64,000 nt of DNA. It comes from Bacteroidia bacterium (GTDB lineage Bacteria > Bacteroidota > Bacteroidia > NS11-12g > UBA9320). Location: contig CBDCFW010000001.1 in NCBI GenBank assembly GCA_965216465.1, positions 192,001 through 256,000 on the forward strand, read 5' to 3'. Within the stretch, counting starts at the first letter, position 1. Each line of letters begins with the position of its first letter. The position numbers were made by a program, and so were the translations under genes. Shown piece after piece: positions 37,953 to 47,461 of this stretch. The notes under the pieces are model-generated. The model was not told where the DNA came from and searched no databases. It saw only the letters and a list, made by a program, of their open reading frames with translations.

Positions 37953-39132
37953 GAATTAGTTTCTTGGTCTGTTCTTCAACCTGCAAATGTTCATGGGCAA
38001 ATTTAAGAGCATTATTTCCCATAGTATTTAACTCGTTTGAGTCTTTATTAACAAGTAATTGAATTCCTTCAATAATGGTGTTTGCAGACTCAGGCTCAAC
38101 CACAACACCACAATTGTGCGTTTCGACAAAAAGCGGAAACCCAGCATAGGCCAACAAAATTGGCTTTGCTGCAAGACAGTACTCTACGTACTTATTTCTA
38201 CTATTTCCGTATTTATAGAGTTCTGATTTTAAATATCCATCAAAAAGTATATCGCAATCTTTTAGAAATGCGACCACTTCATTTTGATTAATTTTATTGA
38301 AAAAGTGAATGTGTTCTGAACTTGCTAGTTTTTTGGACTCAGTTAGCAACGGACCTTCACCTAAAATCACAAATTTTATTTTCTGAGGTTGAAGTTGATT
38401 GGCTGCTTCAATAAATACATCTAGGCACGAAGACATGTTAACACTTCCTGCATAACCAACAATCTTCCAACCTTCTTCTTTGAATTTATCAAGCGACTCA
38501 TGGTATCGATGATTCTCTTTGTAATTCATGTTTGGGTTTACCAGATGCGGAATCCAAGTTACACTTTTTGACCTACCAAGCACAGACTCTACATGTTCAG
38601 TGAGATTGGGCATGGTTCCAATAACTAAGTCTGCCTGGTCGTACCCTTTACGCTCAATTCTTGCTAAATAACGATACGCAATATTAAGTCTCGATAGTTT
38701 CTTGATGCGCTTTAAAATTAGAGGCCAAATATCCCGAACCTCAAACACCAGCTTGCAGTTGTACCTTTTCTTGTATCGAATACCGTTCAATATGCTGAGC
38801 AACGACAGCGAAGACACAATTACCACATCAGCAGGTTCATTTTTATTTTGCCTAAGAAACCCTCTTAACCTTCTTTCAAAACTCATCCAACTTAAGATTC
38901 GACGAATTCCATATACTTTAGAATACTTGAACGTTTTTATCCAACTAACTTTAACCCCATCGACCACATCGTTGTAATTTACGGGCAGTGTTTTTAGATT
39001 GTGGTTAGAGTCAGAAAGCACTAAGTGCACCTCATGACCTTGCTTTACCATTTCTCTAGAGAGGTAAATGTGCCTTGTATCCATGCCAAAAGGATTATAG
39101 GCCGCATATTTTGAGATATAAAGAATTTTCAC
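37936..39132 (-). CDS. Glycosyltransferase family 4 (WbuB-like)
   Basis: FEVRDIWP, GYAGS, NKYVEY. Confidence 0.85.
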   Translation of the reverse strand: MKILYISKYAAYNPFGMDTRHIYLSREMVKQGHEVHLVLSDSNHNLKTLPVNYNDVVDGVKVSWIKTFKYSKVYGIRRILSWMSFERRLRGFLRQNKNEPADVVIVSSLSLLSILNGIRYKKRYNCKLVFEVRDIWPLILKRIKKLSRLNIAYRYLARIERKGYDQADLVIGTMPNLTEHVESVLGRSKSVTWIPHLVNPNMNYKENHRYHESLDKFKEEGWKIVGYAGSVNMSSCLDVFIEAANQLQPQKIKFVILGEGPLLTESKKLASSEHIHFFNKINQNEVVAFLKDCDILFDGYLKSELYKYGNSRNKYVEYCLAAKPILLAYAGFPLFVETHNCGVVVEPESANTIIEGIQLLVNKDSNELNTMGNNALKFAHEHLQVEEQTKKLIREIAV

Positions 39133-40265
39133 TCTTTCGTGTTAAGTGCCATTTGATATTCTTTTAGCAAGGCTTCCCACACAACTCCTTGATCAAAATT
39201 AGCTATAATATCTTGTTGAGCTTTGGCTGCCAACTCTTGTCTTAGAACTTTGTCTTTATGCAGAATGGTCATTTTGTCGACCAATTCGGTTTCATTTTTT
39301 GGCTCAACCAACAAGCCGTTGATCCAATCTTTCACAATTTCATTGCATCCATTAATATCTGAAAGTATCATAGCCTTACCCATCGCCCCTGCTTGTAGCG
39401 GAACATTTGGAAACCCTTCACGATAACTCGGAAAAACTAAAATATCCGAAAGTGCTATATAAGGTCTAACATCCTGCTGGTAGCCAACAGAGATGATATC
39501 GGTATTCAATTTTATTTTCTGGTGTGTTTCTCTAGGAAGTGGATCAAGGTCTTCTTCAAAGTGGCCTACTAAGATTAATTTTGTTTTGGGAAGTGCACGG
39601 TTTACTTTTTCGAAGCTATTGATCAGCTCGACGATTCCTTTATCTGTAACTATTCTTCCTATAAAGATAAAAACTGTCTCATCGGTAATCCCAAATTCCT
39701 TCTTCTGCCAATCAATTACTTCCTTTGAAACCGCATTCTCATTAAAGGTTTTGAGATTAATGCCGTTGGTTGTTCCATTTCCTACAACTTTGAGCTTTTT
39801 GCTGTAATAAAGCTTCTTAGCAATGTAGTCTTTCAATCCAAAGCTGTTGCAATATACATGTGTTGAGCAGCTATAGGTAAACAGCTCAATCAGTTTGAGC
39901 ATGTTACGAAAGATTTTATTCTTTTCCATTAGCGGAAGCCCACCAACGGTATGCATTCTAATTTTAACACCACAAATTTTTGCTGCCAACATTCCTATCA
40001 AGCCTGCCTTCGGAGTATGTGAGTGTACAATATCCGGTTTGAGGTCTTTTATAATTTTAATGAGCTCAAGCAAAGATTTAAAATCTTGAAGTGGACGAAG
40101 CTTTCTATTGAAAGATTCTACTTCATTGTGGTTTGGATGATTAAAAAAGCCATGAGAAGCAGTGTGCATATCAAAATCGTTCGATTCCATGTATGCAATC
40201 TGACCGGTTAGCAGCTTTTCAAGCGATAGACTAATCGTTGTTATTCTCAGTATTTTGGGCTTCAA
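39129..40265 (-). CDS. Glycosyltransferase family 4 (CapM/PglA-like)
   Basis: HSHTPKAGL, GRIVTDKG, SYREGFPNVPLQA. Confidence 0.9.
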   Translation of the reverse strand: MKPKILRITTISLSLEKLLTGQIAYMESNDFDMHTASHGFFNHPNHNEVESFNRKLRPLQDFKSLLELIKIIKDLKPDIVHSHTPKAGLIGMLAAKICGVKIRMHTVGGLPLMEKNKIFRNMLKLIELFTYSCSTHVYCNSFGLKDYIAKKLYYSKKLKVVGNGTTNGINLKTFNENAVSKEVIDWQKKEFGITDETVFIFIGRIVTDKGIVELINSFEKVNRALPKTKLILVGHFEEDLDPLPRETHQKIKLNTDIISVGYQQDVRPYIALSDILVFPSYREGFPNVPLQAGAMGKAMILSDINGCNEIVKDWINGLLVEPKNETELVDKMTILHKDKVLRQELAAKAQQDIIANFDQGVVWEALLKEYQMALNTKE

Positions 40266-41400
40266 TTTGTTGGTAGTTTAAGTAACGTTGCCGTAGTTTA
40301 AGCGTGTAAATTATCGGAAACATAGCTAATAAAATCCAAAAAGGTGTAAAACGTAACCCCATATGCGTAAGGCTATAAAGAATTACGGGAAGCACATATA
40401 AGCTGGTACGCCACCTCAATCCTTTAAAAAGACTAAAAAAGAACAAGAGAAACAACGTGAATCCAGGTATCCCATAACTAAAGATAAGATTACCAAAAGA
40501 CGAGTGCATTTCGTGTTTAGTGATGTACGTATCAAATCTTTCATACATTCCTTCCCCAGAACCCAGTATCAAGAAATAGGGGTGATTGTTAATGCGGTCG
40601 TATCCTCTGTACTCCCACTCAGTAATATTGGCTTTTTTCGACCCATCATCCACTCGTTTAAGAACATAGGCTGTTTGACTAACCCCTTTTTCATTCTTCA
40701 CAACGAAGTAATAGCTTATTGAAAAGATGATTATGACCGCTATCAATCCATTGCCTTTAAGTATCTGGCTATCAAATAAATAAAATACGGACAAGAAAAG
40801 AATACCTCCTACTGCTGCCTTTGATGCACTAATTAAGGTCATCAACAAGCAGGCTAAAAATACGACTACAAAGAATACTAGATTAATTTTATCAAGCTTG
40901 TTGAGAATTACAAATATGCTAAGCATCAGCAGTGCATAGTATCCCAGCTGATTAGGTGTTGTAAAAAAGAAAGACGGTCTTAAGTCATCAAAGTTTTCCG
41001 AGCCAAAAAGAAGGTAATATCCTATTTGAATGACCACCGAAAGTACAATACCATATTGAGTAAACTTAACAAATTTCTTGATATTGATATTTGCCAAACC
41101 AATGGCATAGATAAGCACCAAGGCATTGTATAAGTAAAAGATTGTCGATATAAGTGGTAGTCCTTTATAATTCCCAAAGTAGATGATGAACAATACTAAG
41201 TTAGCAAGTAATGTATAACCCAAGAACATTTGCAATGAGCCTTTTTTGAATGTTGCTCTCTTGAAACCTGCTCTCAAAACAGAACCAGAAAGTATCATTA
41301 CACTAATCATGAGATAGTCGCTTACCTGAGGCGTTCCACTAGGAAACCAGTAGAATGGATTCAGAATTAAAAAAAGTGCCCACAAATAATAACGCATCAC
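40231..41400 (-). CDS. wzy: O-antigen polymerase-like membrane protein (Wzy)
   Basis: About 10 TMs, PNQLGYY, SASKAA, LGSGEG...EMHSSFG periplasmic loop; position inside a Wzx locus. Confidence 0.7.
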   Translation of the reverse strand: MMRYYLWALFLILNPFYWFPSGTPQVSDYLMISVMILSGSVLRAGFKRATFKKGSLQMFLGYTLLANLVLFIIYFGNYKGLPLISTIFYLYNALVLIYAIGLANINIKKFVKFTQYGIVLSVVIQIGYYLLFGSENFDDLRPSFFFTTPNQLGYYALLMLSIFVILNKLDKINLVFFVVVFLACLLMTLISASKAAVGGILFLSVFYLFDSQILKGNGLIAVIIIFSISYYFVVKNEKGVSQTAYVLKRVDDGSKKANITEWEYRGYDRINNHPYFLILGSGEGMYERFDTYITKHEMHSSFGNLIFSYGIPGFTLFLLFFFSLFKGLRWRTSLYVLPVILYSLTHMGLRFTPFWILLAMFPIIYTLKLRQRYLNYQQIEAQNTENNND

Positions 41401-42557
41401 ATTTTGCTAATAAATTCGGCTACAACATCGTCACTCTCACCAGAGTTTGATGCAAAATTTTCAAGGTAGTTTCGATAGTTTCTAAAATGATAATGTTCTC
41501 CGCTTAAGAACTCATCGAGTTGACCAGCTATTTCTGGTTCGTAAATATTTAATCCGTAAGCAACACTGTCTTGTACGTAGTCTCCAAGATAGTCGTGATT
41601 CTTAAGCTTAACCACACCCAACTTTTTACCATGTATAATCACATTAATACCCACGGTAGAAGCAAACACAATTCCAGCATCTACAGTATTGATGATAATA
41701 TCAATATCTGAGCTACTATCGTACACTTTCACATCTTTTAAATCATTGTTTTTCAGTATCTTTCGAAGATATGAAGCTGATTCTCTAGGATGATTTTTGA
41801 AGATAACCTCAAGCTTTCTTTTATGTCTCTTGCCGTATTCAACAAGCGTTCTGGCGAGATCGATATACAAGGCAAATTTTTCTTCTGTAGTCGTAAACTT
41901 TTGGTCGTCAATGGGGTTTCCAAATATGGCAACTCGACGTATTTTATCGGGGATAGAATCTAATGATTGCTGTATGTAAAGCGACTTGTCGTAACCCGGA
42001 CTTCCTAGGGCTACAACTTCTGTGTTTGATGCAACCACCTGATCAAAATAGGTTTTAGATTTTCGACCCCAAGCAATTAGCACATCTGCTCCAGAACCTC
42101 CATATTTTTTCGTTTCTTCAACGGGCAAAGGAAAGCGGATTCCTTCTTGCATTAGGATGGTCTTAATCTTTCTTTGTTTAAGATATCGTAAGATGTAGTT
42201 CCCTGGATAGGCCGTGTCATTAAGCATAACAGCATGTGTCGTATTCTTAAACCATTTTTTCAATTTAGGTTTAAGTACAACAGTCCAAAATCCCCAACGC
42301 AGAATCCCTGAAATCATTACGGTTAATTTACTTGGTTTTTGACCTTCTTGTGGTTTTGCCTTAGGTACATTGATATTGAACTTTTTATAGGGAAGACCAA
42401 CATCATTTAAGATTTGTTCTGGAGTGTTAAACTTTCTTACCTCACAAAGTGAAACAAACTTAGTTGGGACACCTCTTTTTACAAGCTTTCTTGCAACTGG
42501 AAGCGTAATTAGAACATGGTGATTCGGATTAGTTATGATAAAATCAACTTGCTTCAT
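41397..42557 (-). CDS. Putative ulosonic-acid (sialyltransferase-like) GT-B glycosyltransferase
   Basis: MQEG, AWG, KNHPRE and STVG motifs resemble the E/D-G and HP motifs of CMP-sugar-using transferases. Confidence 0.5.
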   Translation of the reverse strand: MKQVDFIITNPNHHVLITLPVARKLVKRGVPTKFVSLCEVRKFNTPEQILNDVGLPYKKFNINVPKAKPQEGQKPSKLTVMISGILRWGFWTVVLKPKLKKWFKNTTHAVMLNDTAYPGNYILRYLKQRKIKTILMQEGIRFPLPVEETKKYGGSGADVLIAWGRKSKTYFDQVVASNTEVVALGSPGYDKSLYIQQSLDSIPDKIRRVAIFGNPIDDQKFTTTEEKFALYIDLARTLVEYGKRHKRKLEVIFKNHPRESASYLRKILKNNDLKDVKVYDSSSDIDIIINTVDAGIVFASTVGINVIIHGKKLGVVKLKNHDYLGDYVQDSVAYGLNIYEPEIAGQLDEFLSGEHYHFRNYRNYLENFASNSGESDDVVAEFISKM

Positions 42558-43647
42558 CAATTAATTTAAAATAAGATTCTACACCTTCATTCACTTGATA
42601 TTTCTTCACGCTTTTCTTAGCTGCTTCTCCATACTTTTCTCTTAATGCGCTATCTGAAGCTAAGCTCAGCATTGCACCTGCTAAAACATTCGAGTCTCCT
42701 ACAGGAACTAAGATTCCGTTCTTTTCATGCTCAATGATTTCGTTTGGACCCGTTGGGCAATCTGTCGAGATGCATGCAACACCCGCTGCCATTGCTTGAA
42801 TGAGCACTCCAGGCATCCCTTCATGCAATGAGCTTAGAACAAATACATCAGCGTGTTTTAGGTATTTATAGGGATTTGGATCAAAGCCCACTAGTTGCAC
42901 ATTGTTCTTTAGGTTTAGAGCCTCAACTAACTGTTCAACTTTTGATTTTAGGGGACCTTTACCGAGAATAATCAATTCTGCTTCTTGAGTTTCAGTAAGC
43001 TTTTTAAATGCATGCAATAAGTTGGGATAATCTTTTTGTTTAACAAATCGACCTATAGCTATGAATTGCAGTTTAGCTTCTGATTTTTTAATCTCCAATG
43101 GCTCATCAAGCTGATTATAAAAGTGATTATCAATCAACGGATTATTCACCACAAATACCCTGTTGCTCTCAAGCTTAAATCTCGCAATTAGCTGATCTTT
43201 AATTCCGTGAGACACTGCTGTAACTAGTGAAGCTCGCTTATAGAGCCTTTTCTTGAGCCCCAAGAGCATTGACTTTTTAAAACTGGAGGAATAGGTTCTA
43301 TCTAAAGAGTTTCGTTCCGATACTATGGTGGTTCCTTTAAACCTCATGAATTGGGTTGCAAGCATCATTGGAATTGACATTCCACCACAAGTGCTAAATA
43401 CAACATCAAAATTCTCTTTTCTCAATAATCGTTGAATTGGCCTTATGCAAAACCACAGCGACGAAGCTCCCAGATTGTATACCGCAACATTTTTGTTCAA
43501 GTCACTTTGAAATTCACCATTGAGATGCATCAACGCCAAAGAGACATCGTACTTTTCTTTATCGTAATTGTTCAGCAGATTCAAGGTTACTCGATCAGCA
43601 CCGCCGTAACCCAAGCTTGGCCGTATGAACAATATTTTACGCTTCAT
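42544..43647 (-). CDS. Glycosyltransferase family 4 (PglJ/WabH-like)
   Basis: GYGGADRV, GRFVKQKD, NPYKYL, EGMPGVLIQAM, DCPTGPNEI. Confidence 0.88.
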   Translation of the reverse strand: MKRKILFIRPSLGYGGADRVTLNLLNNYDKEKYDVSLALMHLNGEFQSDLNKNVAVYNLGASSLWFCIRPIQRLLRKENFDVVFSTCGGMSIPMMLATQFMRFKGTTIVSERNSLDRTYSSSFKKSMLLGLKKRLYKRASLVTAVSHGIKDQLIARFKLESNRVFVVNNPLIDNHFYNQLDEPLEIKKSEAKLQFIAIGRFVKQKDYPNLLHAFKKLTETQEAELIILGKGPLKSKVEQLVEALNLKNNVQLVGFDPNPYKYLKHADVFVLSSLHEGMPGVLIQAMAAGVACISTDCPTGPNEIIEHEKNGILVPVGDSNVLAGAMLSLASDSALREKYGEAAKKSVKKYQVNEGVESYFKLIDEAS

Positions 43648-44263
43648 TAAGATAAAATACGTTAATTGACTTTTGTGCAATTAACTTATGTATTGGAAGG
43701 TCTCTTTGGTTAATCAATACATCTAACTTTTTTCGTCCCTGAATCACCAAAACCACTTGATTGGCATCTACAATTGGATGATAATTTAAGCTTAATCTAT
43801 GTGTTCCATCGCTAGGGTGCACGCAGCTAAACACATTAGTATCAAAAGATTGCTCAGGAAATACCGATGCAAAATGGCCATCCTCTCCCATGCCTAGCAA
43901 AACTAAATCAAGCTGATTTGGCAATTTCGTTGCATAAGCTTCAACACTTTCTTCAATCGTACATCCTTCCGTTTGAAAGGGATAAAATTTAACCTGGTCT
44001 TTTCTCAACCACAATTTATACGATTCAGCAAAATTATTGCGGCGGTCGCGTTGAGGAACAAATCGTTCATCCACCCAAAACACTGACAATTCTGACTTCG
44101 ATGAACCAATTGGGTTGTCTCCAAGATATTCAAAAATGGGCACCGGTGTAGAGCCACCACTAATAGCAACTGAAGTTTCGCGCTGTTGATTAGCAAGATT
44201 TAATAATAGGCCATGCACAGCCATATTGATGTCGTCTTGATCTATAAAAGTGGTAATCCTCAA
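43637..44263 (-). CDS. pgl: 6-phosphogluconolactonase
   Basis: AISGGSTP, FWVDERFVP, LGMGEDGHFASVFP, RLSL. TTG at 44263 lies directly after the HAD stop. Confidence 0.85.
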   Translation of the reverse strand: MRITTFIDQDDINMAVHGLLLNLANQQRETSVAISGGSTPVPIFEYLGDNPIGSSKSELSVFWVDERFVPQRDRRNNFAESYKLWLRKDQVKFYPFQTEGCTIEESVEAYATKLPNQLDLVLLGMGEDGHFASVFPEQSFDTNVFSCVHPSDGTHRLSLNYHPIVDANQVVLVIQGRKKLDVLINQRDLPIHKLIAQKSINVFYLNEA

Positions 44264-44264
44264 A

Positions 44265-44912
44265 TTACTTGAAGTAGTTGGTGATGACATCTTCTAGGTT
44301 TTCAATTGCAGATTCACCTTCGTCAATCCAAAAGTCGTGAAGCTCTGGTGAGTTTACAGCCTGAAAGTTTACCTGTGTTTTTTGAGCTGCATAAAAGTCG
44401 GTAGTTGCATCGCCTAAAAACAATGCTTCATCCGCTTTAATTTCAAATCGATGTAGACAATCGTTAACTATTGACTCCTTACTTTTTGGAGAACCCCAAA
44501 CTTCTTCAAAGTACGTATTTAGTTCTCGCTTTTCAACGATGGTATGAAGTTCGCGGTAAGGAGTTCCTGAAGCAACGACACAACGTATGCCGCTGGTTTT
44601 TAAATAGTTGAGAAGTTCTAAAGCACCTGGAATAAAGCTAGTCTTCAGGACTTCATTTAATACTATTTCGCTAAAACGATTTCCTAAGTTCTCTGACTCT
44701 TCAGCGGTAATTTCTTTTCCAAGCAGTTCACGATAAAACCAATCAAACTTTTCATATCTTGAAATTCCTTGGTTGTCAATATGATATTGTGTTATGGCTT
44801 CAAGATGTTCTGGATAGTCCTCAAATACTTGCGGGAATGCCTTTGTTTTGATATTGGCCGAATCAAGGACCACACCATCAAAATCGAAAAATACCAGTTT
44901 AATTTTGCTCAC
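44265..44912 (-). CDS. HAD-superfamily phosphatase
   Basis: FDFDGVVLDS, ASGTP, GSPKSK, GDATTD. Confidence 0.88.
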   Translation of the reverse strand: MSKIKLVFFDFDGVVLDSANIKTKAFPQVFEDYPEHLEAITQYHIDNQGISRYEKFDWFYRELLGKEITAEESENLGNRFSEIVLNEVLKTSFIPGALELLNYLKTSGIRCVVASGTPYRELHTIVEKRELNTYFEEVWGSPKSKESIVNDCLHRFEIKADEALFLGDATTDFYAAQKTQVNFQAVNSPELHDFWIDEGESAIENLEDVITNYFK

Positions 44913-45792
44913 CAGCTTCTTTTTCTTTTCTCATTTCTTCTAATAACTGAATGATACCTTGACCCATGTCAACATATTCGTTCGTTACTAGCTTTTTACC
45001 AATAGAAGGAAGATAAGTGTAAGGCGTGATGTTGTAATGACCATTCTTGCCGCTTGTAGTTTCCTCGTAGTTAATGTTCACCTTTTTATCTAGAATCTCC
45101 TCAAACATCTTGTAGAGTTCAGAAACCTCTAAGCGATCATTTCCTGTTAAGACATAATGTTTATTCTCATACTGCTTGCCCAAAATTTGAGCGCTTAGCT
45201 TCGCGGCATCGTATACGTGGATGTATTCCCGTTTGTCAGAAGGAGCTCCATCGTGATTGATTCTTTCATTGCTAATAAAATTGTTTAAGAGTCTATAAAC
45301 CCCATTGGTTTCGTCTGTACGAGGACCATATAAACTACCGTATCTCAAAACGGTATAATTCAAATCGTATTTTCGGTGAAATTCCTCGATGTAGGCCTCA
45401 CAAGCCTGCTTGCTACAACGATAAAACCCTCCTTGAGCACTAAAAACATAAACCGACGATCCAAAAACAAACCGCTTTATGTTGTTTTGAACACATCCAT
45501 TCAAAAGCACCGCCGTTCCTTTAATATTGATCTCAATAGAGTCTATAGGTCTTTCTTTTGCTTCATTTAAGTCTGCTAAGGCTGCCAAATGATATACGTA
45601 ATCAAACCCTTTTAGTGCTTCATTAACAAAATCTTGATTGCAAACATCGCCTTGAACAAACGACTGGTCGTGGCGTATATAAGCCGATTCATTGAGGTCT
45701 AAAATGGTTACTTCATGTCCTTCATCCGACAATGCATCTGCAATGTGACTTCCGAGAAACCCCGCTCCTCCTGTAACTATAATCTTTGCCAT
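44899..45792 (-). CDS. NAD-dependent epimerase/dehydratase (extended SDR)
   Basis: TGGAGFLG, HLAA, SSVYV, YRCSK (YxxxK), RYGSLYGP. Confidence 0.88.
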   Translation of the reverse strand: MAKIIVTGGAGFLGSHIADALSDEGHEVTILDLNESAYIRHDQSFVQGDVCNQDFVNEALKGFDYVYHLAALADLNEAKERPIDSIEINIKGTAVLLNGCVQNNIKRFVFGSSVYVFSAQGGFYRCSKQACEAYIEEFHRKYDLNYTVLRYGSLYGPRTDETNGVYRLLNNFISNERINHDGAPSDKREYIHVYDAAKLSAQILGKQYENKHYVLTGNDRLEVSELYKMFEEILDKKVNINYEETTSGKNGHYNITPYTYLPSIGKKLVTNEYVDMGQGIIQLLEEMRKEKEAGEQN

Positions 45793-46712
45793 TAATTAAA
45801 AAATGCTATAATTTTCTTAGCGCACTCCATCTCCATGTTGATACGCACCTCCTTAGCATACGAGCCAATATGTGGGGTTAAAAGCACTCGATCTTGCTCA
45901 ATTAACTCTCCGCTATAAGGTTCAGCTTCAAATGTATCGATGTATGCCTTTGCCTGTTCATTTTCTTTAAGGAAAGAAATCAACTCGTTTTCGTCAATGA
46001 GTCCCCCCCTGCTTGTATTTACAATCATGGCATCAGATTTCAGCAATGCGAACTCCGATTTCCCAATCATATGTTTATTGCTTGGTGTAAACGGAACATG
46101 AAGAGAAACGACATCTGCATTCTTCAATATTTCACCCTTGCTTGCTTTTCGAATTCCATTACTATTGGCAAACTCTTCGTCCCAAAACAAGTCTGTAGCT
46201 ATAATTTCAGTTTCAAATGGTTTAAGCAATTCGACGAGTCTCTTGGCAACTTTTCCTAGCCCAATGAGTCCAATTTTCTTACCCTTTAACAACGATCCCA
46301 TTGGCTTCTTCCAAATGTTTTGCTTCATGCTCGCATGAGCAAAACTTATATTTCGATGCAGGTCTAGAATTCCACCTAAACACAGTTCTGCGACACCATC
46401 AACATGAGCAATAGGAGTGTTTTCTACTGGAATGTTTAAGTTTTTTGCAGCCTCTAAGTCAACACTATCCATTCCTGTTCCTAGCCTACAGATATACCTC
46501 AACTGAGGATGCTGATTAAAAGTCTCATTATCAATTGGTTCTGTTCCGGCAATTAAGCCATCTATACCGCTAAGTAATGCTAAAGATTGCTCCTTGCTAA
46601 GGGTTTTTCCATGCGGATTAAGCTTAACTTCAAAGCCCGCATCTTTAAGCATTTGTAAAGGTTTAGGATTAACCTTTCCAAATGAGCTTGTTGAGATAAG
46701 TATCTTTTTCAT
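45792..46712 (-). CDS. D-isomer-specific 2-hydroxyacid dehydrogenase (phosphoglycerate dehydrogenase-like, no ACT domain)
   Basis: GTGMDSVD, GLGKVA, NTSRGGLIDE, DTFEAEP, TPHIGS. Confidence 0.88.
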   Translation of the reverse strand: MKKILISTSSFGKVNPKPLQMLKDAGFEVKLNPHGKTLSKEQSLALLSGIDGLIAGTEPIDNETFNQHPQLRYICRLGTGMDSVDLEAAKNLNIPVENTPIAHVDGVAELCLGGILDLHRNISFAHASMKQNIWKKPMGSLLKGKKIGLIGLGKVAKRLVELLKPFETEIIATDLFWDEEFANSNGIRKASKGEILKNADVVSLHVPFTPSNKHMIGKSEFALLKSDAMIVNTSRGGLIDENELISFLKENEQAKAYIDTFEAEPYSGELIEQDRVLLTPHIGSYAKEVRINMEMECAKKIIAFFN

Positions 46713-47461
46713 TACAGTCCACTTTCAGATGATTGTTCAAGTAATTTCGTAATTAGAGCTGGGTTATTAACCCACCATTCGCTAATTCCAATATCAAAAT
46801 GAGTATGTACATCTCTTCCTGTTACCCAGGTTCTAATAATAGGAGCTGAGCGTTTGCCCATCCACCACCAGGGATTAACTCCATCTTCGCTATATACGGT
46901 TTGATGTCTAAACGCCCACACACCTTGGTCGTAATAATATGCTTTCTTGTACGATTGGCGTTCCGTTGAAACTTTTCTATTCTTATCGCCATAGGCTTCC
47001 AAAATCCCTTCTTCGTTAATTTCCATTGCTCGATTTGGATGGTCGTCTTGGGCCTCCCAAACGGTCATGCAACTATCTAGGCTCGGATCGTTATCTAATT
47101 TGGCTAAGCATTTATCAATAATTTCTCCGTTGATGTATACCGTATTTCCTAAAAGTAAAACGACATTCTGAATTTCAGGATGTTTTTCTTTAACCCACTC
47201 CACGGCATGTTTAATTACAATTCCGTGATTTACAGTATCGCCGCTTAACTCTTCTGGTCTTGGAATTATAGTGGCTCCTAGCTCCTTTGAGGCATTGGCA
47301 ATTAGGTCTCCATCTGTTGATACAAAGATTTTATCAATCTTCTTGGCATCCATTGATGCTTGAATTGGATAGTGAATCATAGGCTTTCCTGAAACCATGA
47401 AAACATTTTTGTTAATTATCGATTTACTTCCTGCGCGGGCAGTGATAATTGCTACATTCAT
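46712..47461 (-). CDS. Acylneuraminate-type cytidylyltransferase (NeuA/KdsB family)
   Basis: ITARAGSKSIINKN, VSTD, RPEELSGD. Confidence 0.85.
   Translation of the reverse strand: MNVAIITARAGSKSIINKNVFMVSGKPMIHYPIQASMDAKKIDKIFVSTDGDLIANASKELGATIIPRPEELSGDTVNHGIVIKHAVEWVKEKHPEIQNVVLLLGNTVYINGEIIDKCLAKLDNDPSLDSCMTVWEAQDDHPNRAMEINEEGILEAYGDKNRKVSTERQSYKKAYYYDQGVWAFRHQTVYSEDGVNPWWWMGKRSAPIIRTWVTGRDVHTHFDIGISEWWVNNPALITKLLEQSSESGL

Noticed and set aside
46003-46009. G7 tract (minus strand) in the 2-hydroxyacid dehydrogenase as a phase-variation site
   Set aside because: In frame and explained by the conserved SRGG motif; short for a contingency tract, with no evidence of slippage.
45792-46712. 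serA for serine biosynthesis
   Set aside because: Embedded in a glycan locus with no serC; the family is certain but the substrate is not.
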